Positions 37,378-49,606 of a DNA stretch of 64,000 nt are shown piece by piece. This DNA is from Psilocybe cubensis (taxonomy: Eukaryota): assembly GCA_017499595.2 (NCBI GenBank), contig CM038998.1:868001-932000 (forward strand), read 5' to 3'. The notes beneath the pieces were generated by a model. It made no database searches. It was not told the origin of the DNA and was given only the letters and a program-made list of their open reading frames with translations. Position 1 is the stretch's first letter; every line of letters begins with the position of its first letter. The translations under genes and the position numbers were made by a program.

Positions 37378-39283
37378 CTAGAAAACAGTGCCTTTGACCT
37401 GCTTGAACTTTTTGACGTTGATATCCTTCCACAGGAGGACGCTTGCCCACGAAATTGCCAAAATGCACACAGACGCGATGCACATGTACCTCTGTGCGTG
37501 GCCGTACGCAGCGTTGATCGCATCTCTCTCAGGAGTTCCCATAGGGAAGCTGAGCTGAGCACCCAGGCTTCCGTAGATGACCGGCCAGTATTGCTTGCTT
37601 TCTTCGGGCAAAAGCTCCAACAACTTCTGGGGGAAGACTCCAGTCCAGATTGCACCTGCTACGGCCTGACCAACGGCGCCTCCAACGGAAGCAAACATCC
37701 CCTCCATTGCAAGGACGACGGCGACGAACTGATGGGAGGTGGCGGCCATCGCAGCGGTCTGCTCACATATTACGCAAGTTCCCCCTGCAAAGGCGATGAA
37801 GATTTGGCACATAACTACGTAACCGACATTGACGCCTGGTTGACGGAAGTGGATCATAAGGCCTACGCCGAGCATTGTGACGGGAACACCGAACCATAAA
37901 GTAAGGCCCTTGAATTTCCCGGTATAACGGATAATGACCCCGATGAACAGTGCAAAGAAGCACGACCCCATGGTGTACGTGTTGCCGACATACGAAGCTT
38001 CGGTGATGCTAAGTCCGTTCACAACCATAAGGAAGGAGAAGAAATATGTCGCCCAAAGGTAGTACGACACAAAAAGAGTTCCTGAAAGGATGCAGGCACC
38101 CAAAACAGTGCGGTCGAGGAGGAGGGAGTAAGGAATATAGGTGACGCGGGCGTAATACCGTTCCCAAAAGACGAAGGCGATGCAGAGCAATCCACCTATG
38201 ATGAGCATAGAGATGATCATGGGTGAGCGCCAGGTATTCTCCTGATAGGAATAGAGAGAGAACGGGAGCAAGAAGAGGGCGAGGCCGGAAATGATGAGGA
38301 AAAGGCCAACGACATCAAATTCGACGGCATAGTGTTTGAAGGATTCACTGAGTGTGCGGCCCGAAGGTGTTCTAGTGATAAGACCCATTTTCTCAGCTTT
38401 ACTGTAATTCAGATAGAAAACGAAGAAGAGGGGGAGCGTGATAGCAGGAGTGATGATGGCGAATGAACCAAAACCCCATCGAAAACCTGGGCCTTCCAGG
38501 AAAGCGTCTGCGAGGGGACCACCGATCCAGGTTGTAGCAAGATACGGTGAAGTTGCAAAAGCGAACATGAAGGACCTGTTGCGGAGCGTAGATGTATCGG
38601 CAATAAAGATACCAAGAGTATACGTCAAACCGTTATATCTAACGAATATTAGGTTCGAGAGGAAGTGACGATATACAAAATACACATACCCGACCCAGTA
38701 GAACACCTGAGCAGCCGCGTACGTCTCGACGTTGTTGCAACCAGCCATCATAACGAGACCAACAGTCAAAAGAACTATCATCATTAAATATCCTTGAGGA
38801 CGGCCCCAGATGTCGAGGACTTTGGCGAGTGGAAGTTTGACGAGACCTCCAACAATTCCAGAGACAATTCCCGTGGCGGAGATGGTAGAATGCTTTCCAA
38901 AGCTAGAGGTAACATATGGTGTGAGGGTAGTAGTCGTACTTTGTTGCATGGAGTCGACGAAATAGATGATCCAGATCCTGAATGCGGCGTCAGCAGTTTG
39001 ATCAATGGCAGGAGAGAAAAAGGAAAAGCTCTGACATGGTGTACGCCAAATACAGGGCGCCTTTGGTCCATACCGTCGTCACCGCCTCTATTTTTTTGAC
39101 ACCAGCCTGTGCATCTGGTGTAAACTGCTCGCTGTCGATAATTTGTGCATCCTGCTCGTCAACTACACCGATTGGTCGTGCTGGAGTGCGACTTTCAACG
39201 TCCGATTGCTTCTCCGCTTCGGAGTCGACGATCGGTTGATCAGCTTGAGGTCGGATCCTACTGAACAAAATGTTGGAGGCCAT
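37378..39283 (-). CDS. Siderophore-iron transporter (SIT/ARN/MirB-type 14-TM MFS)
   Basis: AQAGVKKIEAVTTVWTKGALYLAY; PYVTSSFGKHS...KLPLAKVLDIWGRPQG; ADTSTLRNRSFMFAF; SFPMGTPERDAINAAYGHAQR, all SIT-family motifs. Confidence 0.92.
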
Positions 39284-39430
39284 TTATACGGCTGGATGGG
39301 GGGCAGTGAGAGCCTGACCGGAAGTTCCAGGAGCCAAGGGTGAGGAAGGCGACGCGCTTTTCGATTCCAGCAGGGGTTTTAATTTATTCGAGCGCAAGCG
39401 GTCCCCGGCCACCATCCCGATGCATCGCAT

Positions 39431-39473
39431 CTTATCAGATAAGCGAGAATGATATTGTGATTATCAGATAATC
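39431..39473. promoter_or_regulatory. Two palindromic ATCAGATAA boxes (SreA/Urbs1-type iron-responsive GATA sites)
   Basis: CTTATCAGATAAG (39431-39443) and GATTATCAGATAATC (39459-39473), 150-190 bp upstream of the siderophore transporter ATG; both match the ATCWGATAA consensus. Confidence 0.8.
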
Positions 39474-39693
39474 TAGGCCGCTCTCCCAGGCTTGGTAGGT
39501 GCCTGAATGTGGCCACGCAGCCCGCTTTTAAAATTGTCGGCGTAATTTGGAGCATGCTGCACATGAAAATCTATACCCATAAGTCCATGATGTAGCTCTA
39601 ACGGTGGTCAGAGAAGAGTGCGCTTACAACATAAAACCGATTGTTGACCTAGCCTCTGCAAATGACGTTCCCCCGACGGCTTTAATTACCATA

Positions 39694-41092
39694 TTAACCA
39701 TACCACTCGTCGCCTAGCTTTGCTTCTACCGGAGGTCTTTCAGGAATAAAAGGCCGATCGATGTTAAACACCTGAATGGCACGCTGGAAGCCATAACAGT
39801 CAAATTAGCAAACCAAGATATTGGTAAGGGGAAAATGTTTAAACCCGACGTACCTTCCATGTTTCGTTATCAAGCTCCAAAACCATTTGCTTTCTCTTGG
39901 TACTCTCCGTATTTTGAGTGGATCCCGGATCCTGCAAAACTTTGGCGTCTATGAGTCATTACTCCTACAAAGAAAAGCTGTGGAAAACTTACAAACAACA
40001 GGCTCTCCATCACGAGATTCAAGGTGCACTTTGCCATCTCGCACAAGAAATGACAAGTAAAATAGGTTCTCAACCGAGTGAGCGAAGTTTGTAGGATTAA
40101 TTACGAGTTCAAACAGGTTTTTGGGATTGTTGGCGTAAACGTTGAAGAATTTGAGAACGCCTTCCATCTATGAAGTGCTGGTCAGTTACCAAAAATGCTC
40201 GCGAAGAAAAGGGACCTACGATTGCCATATTGTTCGTTGTTTCATTTTCCGATCTCAAAATGTTTTCTTCTCCAAGTTCCTGAGGTTTCCGCCTATCCGC
40301 TTGATTCTTCTCAAGCTTTGACCGACTTTTCCGAGCTCTTTTTCTATGTACGACAGACAAGGGACCCAGCCTGTCATAGAGATATGAATGTAACACCCAA
40401 CATACGAAATCCAAGTTTAGGAGCACATACATAAATCCTGTAGCAGGAACTCGCCGACTTTTAGCCATGCATTTACGGCCTATTCCATCCCAATCAAGAG
40501 CCGGTCCGAAATGGCCATCATCGTCTGAATCAGAGTCGTCTAATTGTAAATTTTCAGAGTCGGACCGGCCCATATATCGCACCAGACTTGTTATAAAGTT
40601 ATCCACATTAAATGTACCTGTCCCTGACTTCATTGCTCTAGCTTTCTGGGCACCTATACTGGTGGCCATCACGAAGAATCGGGAATCAAGAATCGCTTCC
40701 TGAGGTTCTTTAACTAGCGAGAATTAAGCTATCTGAACGCTACAGATGCTTTTGTCAAGAAACTCACCAAAGTCAAATAGACTATTCGCCGTCCGTACTC
40801 CGTCCATTATTTCGAGTGGTGATAGTTCTTCAAGGTTCCTTTGATGTTCTAGGCGGCAAAGCATTAGGAAGAGTGCATATCCCTCGTCCGAAAGATTGTA
40901 CCTATGATCCTTTTGTGCAGAGATCGATAATCCCTGCGTAAGACTCGCTTTTCCTCAGAGTCCTGATTTGGATCGAAGATGATTTCTAACGTTGTAACGT
41001 TGCCGTTTAGTGGACGTTACCAGTAGTTCCTACGAATACGGTATGTGGTCACCTTCAGAGTCCTTCCCGGAATCTGTGTCATAATCAGACAT
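39694..41092 (-). CDS. NSE4: Smc5/6 kleisin subunit Nse4
   Basis: FDPNQDSEEKRVLRRDYRSL N-terminus; NLFELVINPTNFAHSVENLFYLSFLVRDG (Nse4_C); RKQMVLELDNETWK|RAIQVFNIDRPFIP. Confidence 0.9.
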
Positions 41093-41219
41093 GATTGTGC
41101 CAGACAATATAAGGAGACGGTGCCAATATAGGAGGATAGTTGTCCTTGATGATTGGAGGAGTCTTCAAGTTTTTGTTAGAAACCAATGCCCAAGTCCCAA
41201 GTCCCAACGGCCCCAACCA

Positions 41220-41248
41220 ACGCGTTGATGTTTATTTGTTCAACGCGT
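41220..41248. promoter_or_regulatory. Two MCB-like ACGCGT boxes in the NSE4/PGA1-like divergent promoter
   Basis: ACGCGT at 41220-41225 and 41243-41248, both in a CAACGCGTT context. Confidence 0.55.
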
Positions 41249-41323
41249 TAATCTAAGTGGTCCGAGCACAGTCGGAAGATGCCGAAAGGGGGTCATCATC
41301 ACATTCCTCTGTCCTTAACCACA

Positions 41324-42125
41324 ATGGTGGCCAAACTTGTATGTTTCTGTGTTACATTACTGCTTCTTATCGGCTTCTCTTCCGCCAACACTGAAATAAT
41401 AAATTTTTCGGTTGCTGAAGACGACGAGCTAGACTTACCCTTCACTGAAACATGGTTGGTCCTTCAATTCTCAAGGAAATTATACGTTTCACGCCAGTTC
41501 CGCCTAATAGGCCAATATTTTATCCAGGACATTCACAGGCGAAATTTGAAGTAACGTCTGCAAAACTTGGGACAGTATTATCAAGCGAAATTTGTCCTGA
41601 CCTTCCAAAATGGAGCTCTAAATACCCGCAACGGTGTCCGCATGAAACCTGGGTCGTCCTTGATTTGGACCGAGGTGACTGGAAACGCTTTAATAAGTTT
41701 ACACTTCGAGTATCTTGGGCAGCATTTGTGCGTAACACGACTCCAGCATCTTATTTTTCTAATCGAAGGTCTAGCATCCTACCGATTTCTCAATCAAAGT
41801 CCACGACCCCACTGCTCTAGCTATTCATTCTCAGCGACCCGCGGGTATATCGTCAACCCGCCGCAAATATGCCCGCATACAACTGGTGCATGCCGGAGTC
41901 TTAACCCCACCACACAACGATACATTAGACGCCATGGTGCGCCAGCTTGTTCCGTTTGTCCTAACCGTTGAACCACTCCATCTCGGTATCATTCCCGAAT
42001 CAGTTATTCCTGTCATTGCTGCAATCATGTTAGCGATTGTGCTGGGCCTTCCTCTTTCAGCGTGGGTATACACCCATCTACTCTCTATCGCCAAACAAGC
42101 CAAATTGGCAACGAAAGTGGACTAG
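41324..42125 (+). CDS. ER-type membrane protein, possibly Pga1-like (GPI mannosyltransferase II co-activator)
   Basis: Signal peptide followed by SANTEIINF; FTLRVSWAAF|HPTDF; C-terminal LTVEPLHLGIIPESVIPV plus TM and KLATKVD tail. Confidence 0.55.
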
Positions 42126-42448
42126 AGACTCCCTATCTTGTCCTTTTCACCAGTAGCTGGTCTTCTGGCGAAATGCTCCTTTCTGCCGCATCAATTTCCT
42201 GTCACCCATTGTCAGGATTACTACCCAGTGTGGTTGTCATTGAGTCCAGTGCAATATGGATCCAAGAGCGCGCAAACCTCACGGAGTGTGCGTCATAAGA
42301 CTGGTTTTTCCTTGCCATGGCTCTCTTTCTTCTACTGGTTATTCAATTGCAGTTTCACATAAAGCAGTGTCAAGAGCATGGTATCAAGTCTGGGGTATAT
42401 CTACAGGTATTCGAGGCAAATTCAACCCTTTATTTCGTACAATTTCAT

Positions 42449-45400
42449 TTAGCAAATCCCCCATAACTTCCCCTCCGCCTTAGCATCAACTCCGTGATTA
42501 TCATGCCCCTGTTGCGAGTCCTGGTTGATGATCCTGATGAACGCTGTCTCCAAGCTTGATTTTCCGATGGTAAATTCTGGGAAACCTTTTTCGTTAGAAA
42601 GGATCTCGAAGATGCTCGCGACGGAAGTATCAGAGCTGCTGTTTTCGCTGTTGCCGATGGGAATCTCGAAGCGCGTTGCGACATCGTCCGCCATTCGTGC
42701 TCCAGGTATACGCGCCATGACGGCCTGGACCTTGACATAATCCTGGCGATTGTGGCATGCAAAGTGTACCTCATACGACGCTGTACACGCCTCGAGTTCC
42801 TGGGGGGAACCCACAGCTTGAAGTGCGCATCATTACTCAGCATTGAAATTGGACACAAATCACAACGCAGGTAACTTACCTAACATTCGCTTCGACATGA
42901 TTCCGACCTTAGTAGCGAGGTACGAAGCCTCTTCCATCGAATCTAGGAACAACTGTGAGGACACAGTAGAGATAAAGCGCCGGACAGACTCACGCGTTGT
43001 CAGGAATACCGCCTTGTCACTAGTAACCTGCTTAAGAACTCCCCATAGCTCCCGTTTCATTTTGGCGTCAATACCTGTGGAATATTCATCGACTAATACG
43101 ACTGACGGGTTGCCTATCAATGCATAAATTACGGTCAGCCATCATGCATGCTTCTGAAAGTTGGTAGAAAACCTCACCAATCAACGCGATCGACAGTGCA
43201 AGCTTCCTTTGGTTTCCTCCGGAAAGTTTGGTCGCAAGCCGATCTGAATATGTGTTCAAGCCTGTCGCTTCCAAAATGTTATCGACGTTGTGTTGCAAGT
43301 CCTCGCCGAAAAGACCTCGGAAGTGTCCATATATCAAGAGATGCTCGCGCACCGTGAGGTGTGCGTCAATAGCAGTAAACTGTGGGCATACGCCGAATGA
43401 CACTCGTGCTTTCTGCTTGTTGCTAAGGACTGAAGTATCGTTGACCATGACATCTCCACCGTCGGGTTTCAATTGACCATCTACGAAGAAATATTAGTTC
43501 TTGTTCAAGTTTGGAACCTAACAGGGAGTGATGCGCACATATCATATCAAAAGTTGTCGTCTTGCCTGCTCCGTTCGGGCCCAACATCACGAAAAGGGAG
43601 TTGTGCGGAATGGTGAAAGTGACGTCGTCTACGACCTTGTTTCTTCCGTAAGACTTGGAAACGCTCAAGACACGTAGTGGATCCTGATTGGAGAATGAGG
43701 CCGCTTGCTGAGCTTCGGCCACGACGTCAGGATTTGATGGCTTCCGGGGTTCGTTGTTATTCCCGCTGAGAGATCCAGATATGTTGGCTTTACGACGCAG
43801 ACTTGCCGTTGGGAACCGGATTCCGGAGTCGATTATGGTGAGGATAAATAAAAGTGTCAGAATCCATACAATAAGGTACAGAATAGGCCCTCCGTATCGA
43901 GTGATGGTACCAAGTGCGGCTCCGGTGGCAACGTTCTCGCCATCGCAAATCAGTGAGAACTGATTGACTGATATTAAGGCTGCCCTGACCTGATATGAAA
44001 AGTGAGTAAAGATGGAGAAATATCTATTCCAGCAACTTACCAAACTGTTGATAGGAGCAATGAGAGCCAAGGTGAAGTGGACAATGTTGATGGTGCGTGG
44101 AGCCTCCAAAGGAAGCGCAACGAACGTAACGATGATATATGCAGTAAGGTAGAGCTAAAGGAAAATGAGATATGCTGATTATATGCGGCAGTAAAATACT
44201 TACCAGATAGATAATAAATTGAGAGACCACCATTGCTGCGAAAGCTCCTAGGGGCGACTTGATCACGATTGCCGTGACATAAGACAGAAGAGTAGCGGCA
44301 AATCCGTAAAGGCAAATAACGAACCACTGATAGTGAGTACAGGACATGAGTGGGGTGTTGTCTAACGGTATTAAAACTAAAAGCCCACCAGGTAACCGAC
44401 GCCTTGGAATTTGCTTTTGACAACTGCGTAGACAATTGCAATCACAGTCGCAACAATCACAGTAAACATGGAATCAAACATGATATGCCCAAGCCAAAGG
44501 CCCAATGGGTTTGATAGTCCATTCGATAATTGCATGGCTTGAACCGAAGAGTGTCGCTCTTTTGCTACATAAAGAGCAAAGAAGGCGGGGAATACGGTCT
44601 AATGTACAAAAATCAGCTTGGGATTTGCATGACAAAAAAGGATTTATGCTTACCATTGCAGCGCCGAATATAGCAAGCCATTGTAAAGTGGCGAGAGACT
44701 CCGTCTGTACACTCGGCAGCTGATGGAACGTTGGATGGATTCGGGTGGAGCCCGATGGGCTGCTTGAAGCATTGAGGGCACGGTTATAGAAGAGGTTCGA
44801 CGCTACACTAAACATGCTCAGGGAGAATGGGCTCAATTGCCATGCGATTAAGTATTCGTTCTTTTCAAAATCCATGGAGAAACCCCCAAATGTGCTGAAC
44901 TCGGTAAAGTTGGCATTAATCATCTCCACCAGTGTCTGCTGGTCTGCAACCGGCACGAAAGGATTAAATGGACCAGAGGGTTTGGGGAAATTTGGAGAAT
45001 AGAACTGAAGCAAAGGGTCTACAAAAAGTTCGGGAAGACTAGCGTTTATGATTGACGGTAGGTTCGAAGGCGAGGCCAAGATGGTATCGTTGCTGAGTAG
45101 AGGAGGATATAGCGGATTGAAAAACCCTCCCTTGGTGGGGTCAATAAATTTGTGAGCGCATGACGCCACGCCTCCTTTTACGAATCGTATAGGCCACCAT
45201 GCACCTGATATCCCTATAGCCAGTGCAAGGAACGGGACCAGCCAGCTTCTTCGCATAATTAAAAAGCGTTTATGGAAGATGGTAAGAGCTTGAGCCAACG
45301 ATGAGCGTGGTCTTCCACTCGAAAGGGTGAGATCCAGTAAGGCATGTTGTTTAGCTGCGTCCTTTTCATTTTTCTCTCCGTCTTCACCCTCTTCCTTCTG

Positions 45401-48329
45401 GAGGAGGTCAAGAAAGATGTCCTCAATCGTCGTCCCTACTACGTCATAGGCATGGATTGTAAACATCTTTTTACGCTGTTCAATCAACCGAAGTGCGGCA
45501 GAAACCCGAGAAGAATCCCTAGTTTTGAGGTGATAGCATGATGTAAATGACTCCTTGATTTCCATGGTGGCGTCCGGTGCCACCGTACGCACATCGCTCA
45601 GCAGCTCCTTGGCGAAGTCTTCGGATTCAAATTTGACTATGACTGAATAGCCTTCACCCATAGAGGATTTCAAGGCAACTGGGCTTTCTGAGGCAATGAG
45701 CTTTCCTGGAGCAGCTAGAACTGCAATGCGATCGGCAAGGAAATCGGCTTCATCCAAAAACTAAAAATGATGAGTATGTGAAATTCTGGTTGAACGGCGG
45801 ACATACATGAGTCGTAAGAACAATAGTACGTTCATTTCGGTAGGTAGTAAGAGTTCTCCAAAGAGAGCGCCGACTCAAGGGGTCTACCCCAGAAGTGCAT
45901 TCATCCACGAGTATAACTTAACGTGGAAACATTAGTCAAATAAACCGGCAAGACAAAAACAATGCTTACTCTTGGATCCACCAACCAGTCCTATGGCTAG
46001 TTGAAGCTTTCTCTTTTGACCTCCAGATAGAGTTCCTGCTGGCTCATGAGCCTTAGACTGGAGATCACAATCCCGAATTAAGCGCTCGATATCAGCATCG
46101 GAAGATTCTCCTTCTTCTTGTTTGATAGCGTTCCAAAGCTTCAATGTCTGAAAGCACGAAAGCTCTGGGAATAGGACATTTTTCTGAGGAACCAGACCAA
46201 GTGTTCCTCGAGGCGGTCGCGTGGTGTTCCCAGAGAAAGAAACAGTCCCGTCGGTGGACTTTGTAAGGCCTCCAATAATGGACAAAGCTGTAGATTTTCC
46301 CGCCCTAACAATTATGAAAGCGAGGTTAGTGTCTTTATGAGGAAAATGGTGCTCAGGACTTACCCATTTGGACCCAAAAGAACGAATATTCCGAAGGATG
46401 GTATGTCGAGCGTGAGATCTGCAATAGCAACAACCTCATTCAGCTTTCGACTGAACATTGATGTGTTGAATATCTTTTTGACATTGCGTAGACTGATGGC
46501 AATATCAGAAGTGGTATCTTCCGCTGAACCCTTTAATTGCCCTGACGACCAAAAGCCAGTATTTGATGGGTTTGAAATCCCGTACATCCACCTTTCGAGG
46601 TAGATGGCGACGATAGGCCAAAAGAATACCCCAACCTGTAACGTGTGAGCACTGTGAAGCAATTCATCGAAATAAATAACGTACCACAGCAGCTATGATC
46701 ATTGGTATCCCCTCAAAGAAGTACGTCGGGTCCTTTTGTGACAAAACAACATGTTGGAGGTTCACTTCAAAGCCCGAGAACATCTTGAGCATAAATACAT
46801 AAAACATAGACGGGAAGAAGAAAGACAGTACAGGCCCAACAGCTGAGTTGTTCTCTGCAGTGATAGACAAGGGTATAATGGCAAGTACGATCGCCGCCCC
46901 TGTGGTAACCACGGCTGCTAGCTGTGGGCTCTTGCTGAATGGAACCGAGGCAAAGAATGCCCATCCAGTACATCCAAACCCAGCCACAAGGTGGAGCAGA
47001 ATGAGATAGCCAATGTTCGTGTTTGTGAAAATCCGAACTCCCCAGACTACCGCCAGGGCTATCCAAGTTGGGATGAAAAGAATCGATGAGGAGAAGTACC
47101 ATGATCTTTGGCAGGAATTAGCAACTGTACGTGAGGAGGAGAAATAATAGTAAAGATACAAACAATAGTCTGGCAGAGTCAAGGGCTCCCATTGCCTGCA
47201 TATGAGATGTCAGAGCAGCTGCTCGCTCTAGCGCAACTCCACCAGCAATCTGGAAAAAAATTAGAGGTTCAGTAGATATTATATCTCTGTGTCTAGATGG
47301 TATTGACCTGATACATTACACCAGTGAACACCAGGAAGCTGCCAGTAGCGATATTTAGAGACACCGGCAAGTGGAGATGATGTTTAGTCACTCACAATAC
47401 AACTCCTCCGAAATTTCCCATTATGCTAAGGAATACTAGTAACTCTCGTTAGTACTAGACTAGGCAAATTAGTAAACATACTCACATAATCGGTTACTCT
47501 GGTCTGTATCTGAATCTACATTGTGGGTGAAAGGTAATTGAAGGGGTGTTGGTGTCTTCTGCCCTGTAGTAAGCTCGATTATGGCCTGCTCTTCTTTTAG
47601 TACGACTATATCAATTTGACTGCTAAAGGGTGTACCTGATCAACAGCCCATTGCAGAGGGAGAAGTACTGTTTCGAGATCACTGGTATGCTTGAGAACAT
47701 CGACACGATAAGCTCCAGATCCTGCCCAGAATGTATAATTCAATGGCCTTTTGTCACTTGTTGAGGCGGTAGGGATGTCTTCAAAGGTAAGGGCAACAAA
47801 ACACGGCGATGCCCCATTCGCGTTTGAGATACATATATCAAAAAGTGAAGCAGTGTCCTCGACCTCAATGACACCTTTGAGTTGCCTGGAAGAGAAGCCA
47901 GAGGTAACATGACTCATTATATCTTTTCCATGAATATAACCAGTTCCGTTGGAATTATCGGACCAAACAATTGGCCTTGAGCCATCGAAGTGATCCCCAA
48001 CGCCAAACACTCGAGCGGGAGTGCCAAGTCCAAACTAAGAAACGTCTTGGTCATTATGAATCAGAAACAAGCGCTTATACGACCACCCTTACATTAGAAG
48101 GCTTTGAGAAGAAGGTTGATACATAACCGAGAAAAATTCCATAGGCCAAAGGAAAAATCAAACACCGTAAAATGTTAATCTAGATGGATAAAATGTTAAT
48201 GAGAGTTGGGAAAGCCCTTGAGCATAGGCAAAGGCAACTTTTAAATGCACATACCAGCCAATGCTTTCGAATGACAATCGTGTTTTTGTAAAAAAGGGCC
48301 TTGAATTGTCTCCAAAAGAGGGAGCTCAT
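42449..48329 (-). CDS. Full-size ABCA-subfamily ABC transporter, paralog 2
   Basis: [89 protein letters not shown]; intron positions largely shared with paralog 1. Confidence 0.93.
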
Positions 48330-49606
48330 CCCTGGTAATGAAGTGTGGTGGGGTGGTGGTAGTTCGGAAAGCTCTAGGGTTTTGAACAACACAAATTAAC
48401 CCGAAGATTAATGGTGAGAATTTGAAAAGGAACCAATGTCAACAATGTACGTGCCTTCCGTGACGAGAGTCCGCAGCAATGTTTGATTAGCCGAACGTTA
48501 TTGCCGCACAGGTCTTACACAGATCCTGGGTCACAATGGTAGCAATGAAGATGATTTCAGAAAGGAATCAATACAGCATGCCTGTCCTATTGATACTTAG
48601 ATTGGTCTTCCATGTATCAATCATTTATAGAATGGATGATTTCTGAATTTACATACCTCAGTTCAAGAGCACACATGTATGGTGACCTGCAATAATGCGA
48701 TGGAAAGCAGTTCGGTGATTGATGTCCGTGTGGATCTGGAAGAAAGGATTGCGAGTTTAATCTCATGACATTGCGATTTGATTCGTGTAGGTGCGTAAGT
48801 CAATGGTGCCGAGTGAGAAAATTTTGTCAATTGTGGAAAAATGTCCTTTATTACTTTGGCTGTGGTGATATAGCTTTCGCGCACGTTACATTGATGAGAG
48901 TCAACTAAACATTCGGATGCTCAGACAAAATCACGAACTCGAGACGGTTGTGAGATGAGTTACAGTCGAAGATCAGACCCGTGCTCATGAGGGGGCTGGA
49001 TCGAACCCTGAGCACAAACTTCACCAAACACGGTATTCCGTAAATTGATTCATTGACGTTCAAGTTGATTTATCCGTTAAACACTCACCACAACTGAGCA
49101 TTGAAAAACCAGCTCTTGCTCCAAAGACCCTATTGGTTATTGCTGGGGTATGATTTTCTGCGATGACATTCACATATTCGCGTCCGAGTCCGCAGTCGGC
49201 CCCGCAGTTGTACAGCGCAGCACTCACGTCGTATGGCGCACGGGTCCATCAGTCTTGAGATCATTGATTCCGTCAATTATTATGGGCAAATGCAGGGTCG
49301 CAGTTTGGCAGCGATATAAATGACGACCAGTTGCTTCTGCCAAAACTTAAGCTGATGATACTGTTGTCGATGCATGCAAATTAAAGGACATAGATCTCAT
49401 CGTGACTCGAATGCCAACAAGTTGTAGCCGTTCCCGTCAGCTTTTCACACTGCGGAGCATAGTGTAATGCCCGACTCCGAATTCTACTGGTTTGCAGGAA
49501 ATTGCCAAAAACATTTATACGTACATTAAATAGACTCGGACGAAACTGGTATATAATACATAGGAGAAATTGTACCACCTACTCGACATTGTTGGTAATA
49601 TACATA

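Noticed and set aside
48981-49015. tRNA or tRNA-derived SINE (GGTTCGATCC on the minus strand within a GTGCTCA...TGAGCAC stem)
   Set aside because: No cloverleaf or A-box could be built.
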